From: Candidatus Saccharimonadales bacterium
GTDB taxonomy: Bacteria; Patescibacteriota; Saccharimonadia; Saccharimonadales; JANWIN01
DNA: 64,000 nt
Direction of reading: 5' to 3'
NCBI GenBank assembly: GCA_025449905.1
Contig: JANWIN010000011.1
Span: forward strand, 724-64,723
Part shown: piece by piece, positions 36,525-44,535 of the stretch
Numbering within the stretch: position 1 is the first letter of the stretch
Layout: every line of letters starts with the position of its first letter
Position numbers and translations under genes: made by a program
Notes under the pieces: model-generated
What the model was told of the DNA's origin: nothing
Database searches by the model: none
Seen by the model: only the letters and a program-made list of their open reading frames with translations

Positions 36525-37598
36525 ATGTCTCTGTCTATAGGTATTGTTGGTTTGCCTAACGTCGGTAAGTCGACACTGTTTAATGCCCTTACCAATAATA
36601 AAGTACTGGCCGCTAACTACCCTTTCGCCACTATTGAACCAAATACCGGTGCCGTACCCGTGCCGGATGATAGATTAAAAAAATTAGCTGAGTTTTATCC
36701 GGCCGCCAAAATTATTCCCGCCAACGTCACTTTTGTCGATATTGCTGGACTGGTGGCCGGCGCCAGCCAAGGCGAAGGTTTGGGCAATCAGTTTTTGGCA
36801 CACATTCGCAGCGCCAATGCCATTGTTCAGGTGGTTCGCGCTTTTGAAGACTCTAATGTTCAGCATGTTGATATTAAGCACAATCCCAAAAGTGACATTG
36901 AAATTATAAACACTGAGCTAGCTCTAGCTGACCTTCAGACTGTCGAAAAACGCCTACACCATTTGGAAAAAGAGGCCAAAGCCAATCCCAAACTAAGGCC
37001 AGTACTTGATAGCCTGCACACTGCGCATAAATTATTGAACCAGGGTCAGGCCTTAACTGCAGAAAATGGTGTTAATTTGGAGCATTTAACAGATTTGGGA
37101 CTCCTAAGTGCTAAACCCATAATTTATGTATTCAACGTTGATGAGAAGACGCTTGATAATGATAAACATCAAGAATTATCTAGCCTGGTTTCACCAGCCA
37201 AAGCACTGTTTTTATCAGCCAAGTTGGAGGATGAGCTAAAAGATTTAGACGAAACAGATGCGCGCGAGCTGCTAAAAAGTTACGGCCAAAATGAGTCGGG
37301 CTTAGTCCAATTAATTCACGCCGCTTATGCTGCGCTTAAGCTACAAAGCTTCCTAACAGCTGGCGATACGGAAGTGCGGGCTTGGACAATTAAACAAAGT
37401 TCGACAGCACCACAAGCCGCTGGAGTTATTCACAGTGACTTTGAACGCGGCTTTATAGCCGCCGATGTCATTAATTTTAACGATCTTATGGAAGTTGGCT
37501 CTTGGCCAGCTGCTCGCAGTGCTGGAAAAGTCCGCACCGAAGGTAAAACCTACATTGTTGGTCCAAATGATGTTATAGAATTTCGTTTTAATGTGTAG
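36525..37598 (+). CDS. ychF: Redox-regulated ATPase YchF
   Basis: GIVGLPNVGKSTLFNAL G1 motif, a TGS-like C-terminus, ending ...IEFRFNV. Confidence 0.92.
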   Translation: MSLSIGIVGLPNVGKSTLFNALTNNKVLAANYPFATIEPNTGAVPVPDDRLKKLAEFYPAAKIIPANVTFVDIAGLVAGASQGEGLGNQFLAHIRSANAIVQVVRAFEDSNVQHVDIKHNPKSDIEIINTELALADLQTVEKRLHHLEKEAKANPKLRPVLDSLHTAHKLLNQGQALTAENGVNLEHLTDLGLLSAKPIIYVFNVDEKTLDNDKHQELSSLVSPAKALFLSAKLEDELKDLDETDARELLKSYGQNESGLVQLIHAAYAALKLQSFLTAGDTEVRAWTIKQSSTAPQAAGVIHSDFERGFIAADVINFNDLMEVGSWPAARSAGKVRTEGKTYIVGPNDVIEFRFNV

Positions 37599-37652
37599 CC
37601 TGATGACGCCTGCTCCGCACCAAATCCTGAGCGGAGTAGTTTGTAATCAGAT

Positions 37653-37707
37653 TATGGAGCTTCAAGATTTTGGTGCTGGGGTTGTCGAATTCAAGTTTAA
37701 TGTGTAG
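37653..37707 (+). pseudogene. Relic second copy of the ychF 3' end
   Basis: It reads YMELQDFGAGVVEFKFNV-stop, against EGKTYIVGPNDVIEFRFNV-stop in the real gene. TTTAATGTGTAG is identical at 37587-37598 and 37696-37707. Confidence 0.4.
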
Positions 37708-37711
37708 TCGG

Positions 37712-38365
37712 CTAGCGCCAATTAAGGACTACGCCTTTGATGGTTTCGATGATCTTATCGTGTTCAGGTAGTTTATTGTCCTGATAATAATGATTAGTCT
37801 CCATGTAATTATCTATTACGCTTAGGCAATGTATTTCATCAGCAACTACATGCATTCTATCTACGGCTGGTACGCTGGCCAGCGGCGTTGCCACTATTAA
37901 TTTTTCCATTTTAACTGGCTTTAAGTACTCGCTTGCGGCATCTAGTGAAAAAGCATTTTTTAGTCCGTCAGAAACTAAAATTACGTTATGTCCATAAAGT
38001 AAATCGCGGCGCAGCAGCCCGCCCTGGCCTAGTAGTTGGTTGATATCATGAAGTTTTTGCAGTCGGCCTTCGGCTATAGTGTTTTGAAATTCGGTTTTCA
38101 GTTCTTCCAGCTGGCCGCCCGAGTACATATTATTGTAAGTAAAGCCGCCATCTTGATCGACCGCTCCAATTGCTTCCGGTTCGCCGGGAATCTTGACGGC
38201 CTCTGTTAAAAACAGAGTCAGCACACAGTGCAAGGCTTGGGCAATTTGAGCAGCAACCACAACCCCGCCATCGCTCAAAGCCACTACAGCACAGTTTTCA
38301 TAGCGATATGGCTCAAGTTCTTTGGCCAATTTTTGACCGGCTTCCACTCGACTGGCGAAGTACAT
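37712..38365 (-). CDS. Phosphoribosyltransferase-family protein
   Basis: 217 aa with a PRPP-loop-like VILVSDGLKNAFS. Confidence 0.55.
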   Translation of the reverse strand: MYFASRVEAGQKLAKELEPYRYENCAVVALSDGGVVVAAQIAQALHCVLTLFLTEAVKIPGEPEAIGAVDQDGGFTYNNMYSGGQLEELKTEFQNTIAEGRLQKLHDINQLLGQGGLLRRDLLYGHNVILVSDGLKNAFSLDAASEYLKPVKMEKLIVATPLASVPAVDRMHVVADEIHCLSVIDNYMETNHYYQDNKLPEHDKIIETIKGVVLNWR

Positions 38366-38368
38366 ACC

Positions 38369-38536
38369 ACAAGTTTCGCATCAGATTGACCTGCTGTCCA
38401 GCAAAGCTGGTCACTCAGTCAATCTTCTTGGCGCATCGCTTTGTCAGCTACGCTCTATCTCTCGCTCATCGTACTTTTGTACGTCTCGCTCGCTTTTCTC
38501 TACTTCCTAGCGCTGCATCCAAGTGCGAAAACTTGT
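38369..38536 (-). repeat. Structured repeat family, copy A, filling the tlyA-PRTase intergenic region
   Basis: P0 ACAAGUUUUCGCA/UGCGAAACUUGU, GGAUGCA box, CGUAC-AAAA-GUACG hairpin flanked by GCGAG-rich strands, and second domain GAUUGAC-UGAGUGA-CCAGC-UUU-GCUGG-ACAGCAG-GUCAAUC. Confidence 0.7.
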
Positions 38537-38543
38537 ATTTATT

Positions 38544-39107
38544 TTATAGTTTTCGCAGAAGGTAAAAACGTTCTAAGTTGCCTTTATTGCCCGGAACTGT
38601 CGAGTCGGTTTTGGCCTTAATAACAAAGTGTTTTTTAGCCCATGTTTCAAAATCTTTGAGAATTTGTCGGCGAATACGCTCGTTTTTAATAATTCCTCTT
38701 TGCTTCTGATCAGTTAATGCTTCAAATTGCGGCTTAACCATTGCAACAACTTCTGTTTGGGACCCAAAAAACTTATTTATTCCAGCCAAGACCCGCCTTA
38801 TAGATATAAAAGAAGTATCTATTAATATGTAGTCAATCTTTTGGTCGGTAGAAAAGTCAAAAATGTCGGTTTGTTCATGAAGTTCTATTTTAGAGTTTTT
38901 GTGCAGGCTCGAATGCAGCTGATTTTTACCTTTTTCTACGGCTATAACTTTTTTTGCCTCGTTTTGAAGAGCAAAATCCGTAAAACCGCCTGTTGATGAA
39001 CCAATATCTAAGATGACCTTGTTTTTAAAGTCCAGCTTAAGAGCCAAAGTGACTGAAGCCAACTTGTCGCCGCCGCGAGATACGTAGGCTTTACTTTTGT
39101 CGTTCAC
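38544..39107 (-). CDS. tlyA: TlyA-family rRNA 2'-O-methyltransferase (FtsJ-like), no S4 domain
   Basis: YVSRGGDKL... and the SAM motif LDIGSSTGGFTD. Confidence 0.75.
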   Translation of the reverse strand: MNDKSKAYVSRGGDKLASVTLALKLDFKNKVILDIGSSTGGFTDFALQNEAKKVIAVEKGKNQLHSSLHKNSKIELHEQTDIFDFSTDQKIDYILIDTSFISIRRVLAGINKFFGSQTEVVAMVKPQFEALTDQKQRGIIKNERIRRQILKDFETWAKKHFVIKAKTDSTVPGNKGNLERFYLLRKL

Positions 39108-39651
39108 GATAGGCTCCAGTTGCAGTATCTACACTGACAATATCGCCCGATTTAATAAAGGCTGGTACTTTTATGGTTATGCCGGTTTCCAGCACAGCGC
39201 TTTTAGTAATAGATGAACTGGTGTCACCTTTAACAGCGTCTTCGGTGTAAGTAACCTTGAGCGGTAGATTTTTAGGCAGTTCAATATTAATGATACGTCC
39301 GCCAAAAAGTTGGGCCAAAACCTGGTCGCCGTCTTTCATAAAACCACCCCGCTCGCCAATTATCTTTTTACCTAGCTCAAACTGCTCATAGGTTCTAGAG
39401 TCCATAAAAAAGTATGAGTCGTTGTCTTTATATAAGTATTGAACATCAATATTAGTAATATCAGCAGGCTCAATCTGTTCGTTGCCCTTAAAAGTTTTTT
39501 CCAGCACTCGTCCGTCAAGCAAACTCTTTATGCGGACGTTAACAATACTGCCGCCGCGGCCCATAACTTTTTGCGAGTAATCAACAACTTTATAAGGAAC
39601 ATTTTCCAGTTGAAAAATTGTTCCCTTTTTAAGATCGGTTATGTTTAGCAT
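39091..39651 (-). CDS. efp: Elongation factor P
   Basis: 186 aa with the conserved MGRGGS loop region (KVMGRGGSIVNV). Confidence 0.9.
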   Translation of the reverse strand: MLNITDLKKGTIFQLENVPYKVVDYSQKVMGRGGSIVNVRIKSLLDGRVLEKTFKGNEQIEPADITNIDVQYLYKDNDSYFFMDSRTYEQFELGKKIIGERGGFMKDGDQVLAQLFGGRIINIELPKNLPLKVTYTEDAVKGDTSSSITKSAVLETGITIKVPAFIKSGDIVSVDTATGAYRERQK

Positions 39652-40059
39652 CTATATGCCTTGATCCTCTAAAACTTTGCTCTTTAAATCTTCAATATCA
39701 GTATATTCAAAGTTATGATCTGCCATGTTTGGTATATATGTATTTTCGACCCCTCTGCGTTTAGCAACAACTGTTTTTAAGCCCTTAGCTGCACAGTAAC
39801 CAACTTCCATAAGCATGCCTTCGCTTTTTTCTTCACCGTCAATTATTACAAACAGTCCGCCCATTTTCTCAATTTTCTCAAAAGCATGCTCCATAATCCG
39901 TCGAGGTTTGTGTCCAGCTGATTTGAATTCTTCTTCTTGAAAATATGTACAATATACTTCTTCACCGCGCTCGCGAAGACTTTCACATACAGCGGGTAAC
40001 AAGTCACCTAAACGTCCTGGATCAGCTCCAGTGTGTCGATAAGCAACAAAGTAACCCAT
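39652..40059 (-). CDS. Nucleoside 2-deoxyribosyltransferase-like protein
   Basis: 135 aa. A flavodoxin-like pattern with SEGMLMEVGYCAAKG resembles the NDT family. Confidence 0.4.
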   Translation of the reverse strand: MGYFVAYRHTGADPGRLGDLLPAVCESLRERGEEVYCTYFQEEEFKSAGHKPRRIMEHAFEKIEKMGGLFVIIDGEEKSEGMLMEVGYCAAKGLKTVVAKRRGVENTYIPNMADHNFEYTDIEDLKSKVLEDQGI

Positions 40060-40066
40060 GGTTTTC

Positions 40067-40270
40067 CTAACCGTTCGCTACAAAAGGCAGCAACGCAATG
40101 TGTCTAGCGCGCTTGATAGCTTTAGCCAAATGCTTTTGCTGGCTTTCGGTTAAGCCGGTCTTTTTGCGCGGTTCAATTTGTCCATAAACGTTGATATAGC
40201 GCTGTAAGTTCTTAAAGTCTTTGTAGTCAAAGAATGGTACGTCAACTTTGTGCTTAAAAATCTTTGCCAT
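40067..40270 (-). CDS. rpsR: 30S ribosomal protein S18
   Basis: 67 aa with the LQRYI....GQIEPRKKTGL pattern. Confidence 0.88.
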   Translation of the reverse strand: MAKIFKHKVDVPFFDYKDFKNLQRYINVYGQIEPRKKTGLTESQQKHLAKAIKRARHIALLPFVANG

Positions 40271-40279
40271 ATTTACTCC

Positions 40280-40756
40280 TTAAAACGGGATGTCATCCAG
40301 GTTAATAGGTTCATCACCGATATCTTCAATTTTAATATCATCCTTTTTAGCTGTCTTAGTCGCTTTTGGCTTCTCATCAGCAGGTCTTTTGTCCATTGAG
40401 TCACTCCTATCACCGCCACCAGTTCCACGACTGTCCAAGAAGGTTACATCGTTAGCTAAAACTTCAACCTTTGTTCGTTTATTGCCATCCTGTTCCCAGC
40501 TACGGCTTTGCAAGCGGCCTTGGACTAGACAGCGCCGGCCCTTGGTTAGGTACTGGGCTACTCTTTCGCCCAAAGGACCCCACGCTACGATATCAATGTA
40601 GTCGGTGACTTCTTTCCACTCATCATCCGAGCCCTTATAGCTGCGATTTAACGCCAAACTAAAGCCGCAAACGCTTTGCCCGGTCGGCGTTTGCCGCAGT
40701 TCTGGGTCCCTAGTGAGATTCCCCATTAAAAACACTTGGTTAAGAGATCTGGCCAT
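40280..40756 (-). CDS. ssb: Single-stranded DNA-binding protein
   Basis: OB fold NQVFLMGNLTRDPELR and an acidic tail ending DDIPF. Confidence 0.92.
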   Translation of the reverse strand: MARSLNQVFLMGNLTRDPELRQTPTGQSVCGFSLALNRSYKGSDDEWKEVTDYIDIVAWGPLGERVAQYLTKGRRCLVQGRLQSRSWEQDGNKRTKVEVLANDVTFLDSRGTGGGDRSDSMDKRPADEKPKATKTAKKDDIKIEDIGDEPINLDDIPF

Positions 40757-40839
40757 AACTCCTCCTTATAAGACATATGTCTTGAGTTATTTTATTAATG
40801 TATTTCCACATTACTCCGCCTATTGTTGGGCTGTCAAGT

Positions 40840-41211
40840 TTACGCATTTTCAGTTTCTGTCTGATCCTTTTCTTTGGCTTCACTTTCTTCTTGCTCGGCC
40901 TTGGCAGCCTTGGCTTTAGCCTCAGCTTTAGGGTCAATTTTGGTGATTAAAAAGCGGATTACTTCATCAGTAATATTAAATTCGTTTTCTATTGTCTGAG
41001 TATTTTCCGGCGCCATTTCTACCATATAGAACACATAAATAGCATGGTCCTGTCCATCAATTGGATAAGCCAGTTTGCGTTTCCCCCAGTTGTCGGTATT
41101 TTTAACTGTCACCGGCGTTTCTTTAAAGATTTTATCAACCTTATTGGTGGCTTTTTCCAGGTCTACTTCTAGACCAGGATCATATAAAACTGCAATTTCG
41201 TACTTGTTCAA
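40840..41211 (-). CDS. rpsF: 30S ribosomal protein S6
   Basis: TTG start after GAAGGAG. Begins MNKYEIAVLYDP... and carries an acidic/Lys-rich C-terminal tail. Confidence 0.88.
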   Translation of the reverse strand: MNKYEIAVLYDPGLEVDLEKATNKVDKIFKETPVTVKNTDNWGKRKLAYPIDGQDHAIYVFYMVEMAPENTQTIENEFNITDEVIRFLITKIDPKAEAKAKAAKAEQEESEAKEKDQTETENA

Positions 41212-41388
41212 TCCTAACTCCTTCTTTTGGCCTCGGGCTGCCCGCTCAAAGTAGCAGCAACCTGAATTTGTTTTATGGGGTAATTATAGTAAATTTAGTC
41301 GTTTTTAGCAACTCTTTGACCTCTTTTATTGACAGTTAGCTTTAGAGGTGCCAAGATTAACATAAGCATAAAATCAAGGGGAGAATTT

Positions 41389-43059
41389 ATGGATAATGTA
41401 ATAAGGCCCGGACAACCTAATCAGCCGTCAGCTAATCCCACACCGCCATCGCCGCAACCAACTGAGCAACAGCCCCCTGCACCAACACCAACACCAGAAC
41501 CTGAAAAAAGAAAATTTGCCAAAAAACCCATTTTAATAATCCTCGCTGTAATTTTAATAATTGGCGGTGGTATTTTTGCCCTAACTCAAGCTAATAAAAA
41601 GACTCAGGCACCACCGGAAGTAGTTAAAAATGAGATCCCGCTAATAACTTACGGCACTGCTGATGGTGCCGTTGGCTCTATTTACCCGAGCATGCCGCTT
41701 TTTACTACAAATACCGAAATAAATTCGCAAATATTTGAGGGCCTGGTGCAATTTGAAAATGGAACAAAGATTACACCGCTTTTAGCTGCTAGTTGGACCA
41801 ATCCTGATGATACAACCTGGGTTTTTAACTTAAAACAGAACGTTAAATTCCACAGTGGCCGACCGATGACCGCTAAAGATGTTAAGTTTAGTCTAGAGGG
41901 CTTTAAAGATAATAAGGTTTGGAACGATGGTACTGGAAATATCTTCGGCTCAACCATAAAAAAGGTGGATGTTGTTAATGATTACCAGGTTAAGATAACC
42001 ACCCATGGCCCTGACCCGATTTTACTTAATCGCTTAGTCTTTCTTTATATTATAGATTCGCAGTCCAAAGAAAAAGACAGTCCCGTCAATGGTACTGGTG
42101 CCTACACCATTAAGCCCGACACCAAGCCAACCGATACCAAAACCGAGTTAGTGGCTTTTGACGGCTACCATGGCGGCCGGCCTTTAACCCGCGCCCTAGT
42201 ATTTCGCTTCTATGAGGACGATAAAGATAAATCGGGTGAAGAAAAGTTAACTGAAGCCCGCTTAAAAGGTCAGGTTTCTATTGCCGGCGATGTTTTTGAC
42301 CAAGCAAATGTTGATAAATTGAAGGTTGACTCGGCTAACTTACCAATCCAAGACATCGGGCTTTACAATTTAAGCCCAAATGTTAACAAAGCTGGTTCGC
42401 CACTTGCCAAATTAAAAGTTCGAGAAGCCGTTTATCATGCTATTGATGCTGATGCCCTAATTAAAGCCAGGAACGTATCTGGTCAGCCGGCTAATCAACT
42501 AGTAACCCAGGATATCCCGGGCTATAACCCGTTAATTAAGCGTCCTGAGACTGATGCGGAACATGCCAAAATGCTTTTAAAAGAGGCTGGTTATCCTAAC
42601 GGCGTTACCATAACCTTAAGTTACTTCAATGGCGCCCAAGATGCTGCCGATGAATTGGTTAAGCAACTAGCTAAGGCTGGTATTACCCTTAAACTAGATG
42701 GCTACGATGATACTGATATATTGGGTGAAAAGATATTAAATGGTGATTTAGCAATGGATTTTAACCATTACGCCACCGACACACTAGACGCTATGCAAGT
42801 TTTCGTTGATAACTTCCAAACTGCCAAATACAACAACCCGACAATAAACAAAGTAATCGCCAAGGCAAATACAACTTTGGACTCAGCAAAAAGATTAGAA
42901 TTACTCCAAACTATCTCTAAAATGCTAATGGACGATGTTGCATGGATACCGCTCTATTCATATACGACTTATTGGCTATATGACCCCTCCTATGTCATTA
43001 CTCAAGACTTGCCCGGTACAACTATCGGTGCTTACTATTGGAAGGTTTACGCCAAGTAA
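41389..43059 (+). CDS. ABC transporter substrate-binding protein, family 5 (peptide/nickel type), membrane-anchored
   Basis: Start moved to ATG 41389, preceded by AAGGGGAG. It has a Pro-rich linker, one TM, and SBP_bac_5-like core motifs. Confidence 0.75.
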   Translation: MDNVIRPGQPNQPSANPTPPSPQPTEQQPPAPTPTPEPEKRKFAKKPILIILAVILIIGGGIFALTQANKKTQAPPEVVKNEIPLITYGTADGAVGSIYPSMPLFTTNTEINSQIFEGLVQFENGTKITPLLAASWTNPDDTTWVFNLKQNVKFHSGRPMTAKDVKFSLEGFKDNKVWNDGTGNIFGSTIKKVDVVNDYQVKITTHGPDPILLNRLVFLYIIDSQSKEKDSPVNGTGAYTIKPDTKPTDTKTELVAFDGYHGGRPLTRALVFRFYEDDKDKSGEEKLTEARLKGQVSIAGDVFDQANVDKLKVDSANLPIQDIGLYNLSPNVNKAGSPLAKLKVREAVYHAIDADALIKARNVSGQPANQLVTQDIPGYNPLIKRPETDAEHAKMLLKEAGYPNGVTITLSYFNGAQDAADELVKQLAKAGITLKLDGYDDTDILGEKILNGDLAMDFNHYATDTLDAMQVFVDNFQTAKYNNPTINKVIAKANTTLDSAKRLELLQTISKMLMDDVAWIPLYSYTTYWLYDPSYVITQDLPGTTIGAYYWKVYAK

Positions 43060-43068
43060 AATAGAAGC

Positions 43069-44535
43069 GTGAAACGGGTTGGGCTTAGAGCCAAATTTAT
43101 TCTTCTAATCCTAGCCGTTCTGATTATAATTTTTTCCATTATCTCGGTTGTCTTAATTCGTTTTACGACCGATAATCTGCGCCGTGATTTGACCAACCAG
43201 TCCAAAGCTTTCGCCTCATTAGCTACCGAACCAATCGGTAACGCTTATGTTTTATATAAAGATTCCGGTCGTATCCGCATTCTGCAACAAATTGAAAAGT
43301 TTACAGACCTTGATAAACACATTAGTAACGTCCAGGTCGTTGATAATTCCGGCAAAGTTTTGTTTGCCCAGCGTGATGGCGCTAGTGCCTCTTTATCCAG
43401 TTCTCAAGCCACCAGTTTCGAACCGATTTTTGAAAATAAAAACGGTACAATTTCACGAATTATCTCACCTTACCTAGAGGAGTTTGGCGGACATCGCTAT
43501 TCAGTTGTCTATGACATTTCGGCGCAAAGTATTGACGATGCCATTAGCCGAGAGACTATATATATTGCTGTGCTAACAGTTTTTGCCCTTCTAGTTACGG
43601 CCTTTTTGTTTTATCTGGCTATTAACCGCTACTTTCTGCAGCCCATGCAAAAGCTAAGCACTACTGCTCTATTGGTCAGTAAAGGTGATCTGGACAAAGA
43701 AATTAAAGTTGATCGTAATGACGAAATTTCGGATCTGGCTAAGTCGGTCAACACTATGGCCGATTCACTAAAAGCCGACATTAGTAAGTTAAAAGACGTT
43801 GATAAGCTCAAGACCGAATTTATGATGATTGCCTCCCATAATCTACGCACACCGCTAACCATAATTCAAGGTTATCTGGATACGATCAAACAGCTAAAAC
43901 TAGACGCTGAAGTTAGTAAGTTGATTGACGTAATTACTGCTAATAGTGAACGGCTGCATATTCTAGCTGAAGATATATTAACGATTTCGCAAATTGAGGC
44001 TAACGAGAAGTTGTCGCTTGACCCGCAGCCGGTTGACTTAACGGCTTTGGCCCGCTCTATTGGCAACGAGTTTACAGTCCTAGCTAAAGAAAAGGGTGTG
44101 ATTTTTAATCAGGACTTGCCAGAGCGGTCAGTCAATATTAAAGGCGCCAGTGCTCACATTAGAAGTGCTGTCTGGAATCTACTTGATAATGCCCTTAAAT
44201 TTAACCGCAAAGGTGGACAAGTGTCCTTAACTTTAATTACTGATAGTGATAGTGCCTCAATTACTGTCAAAGACACCGGCATTGGTATTGCGGCGGAGGA
44301 GATATCTAAGTTATTTACTAAGTTTCACCGCGGTACCAGCACGCTTAATTACGACTATGAGGGTGTTGGCATCGGCCTATACATCAGCCAGCTAATTATT
44401 AAACAGCACGGCGGTTTGATTACCGCTAATAGCACGCTGGGCGAAGGTAGTACTTTCGTAATAAAACTACCGCTAACTAGCGCTCAGGCTTCAGTCTCTG
44501 AGCCTTCATCACCGTCTACCGGTACTTCATCATAA
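43069..44535 (+). CDS. Sensor histidine kinase (HAMP-HisKA-HATPase)
   Basis: Two TM helices, H-box FMMIASHNLRTPLT, plus N, G1 and G2 boxes. No response regulator is adjacent. Confidence 0.85.
   Translation: MKRVGLRAKFILLILAVLIIIFSIISVVLIRFTTDNLRRDLTNQSKAFASLATEPIGNAYVLYKDSGRIRILQQIEKFTDLDKHISNVQVVDNSGKVLFAQRDGASASLSSSQATSFEPIFENKNGTISRIISPYLEEFGGHRYSVVYDISAQSIDDAISRETIYIAVLTVFALLVTAFLFYLAINRYFLQPMQKLSTTALLVSKGDLDKEIKVDRNDEISDLAKSVNTMADSLKADISKLKDVDKLKTEFMMIASHNLRTPLTIIQGYLDTIKQLKLDAEVSKLIDVITANSERLHILAEDILTISQIEANEKLSLDPQPVDLTALARSIGNEFTVLAKEKGVIFNQDLPERSVNIKGASAHIRSAVWNLLDNALKFNRKGGQVSLTLITDSDSASITVKDTGIGIAAEEISKLFTKFHRGTSTLNYDYEGVGIGLYISQLIIKQHGGLITANSTLGEGSTFVIKLPLTSAQASVSEPSSPSTGTSS

Noticed and set aside
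38308-38565. Track ORF 38308-38565 (+), and similarly 50015-50242 (+) and 20559-20789 (-).
   Set aside because: These are antisense or through-reads of the structured repeat copies. Their shared peptide similarity (VRLARFSLLPSAAS versus VRFVRFSLLPCTSS) simply reflects the DNA repeat.
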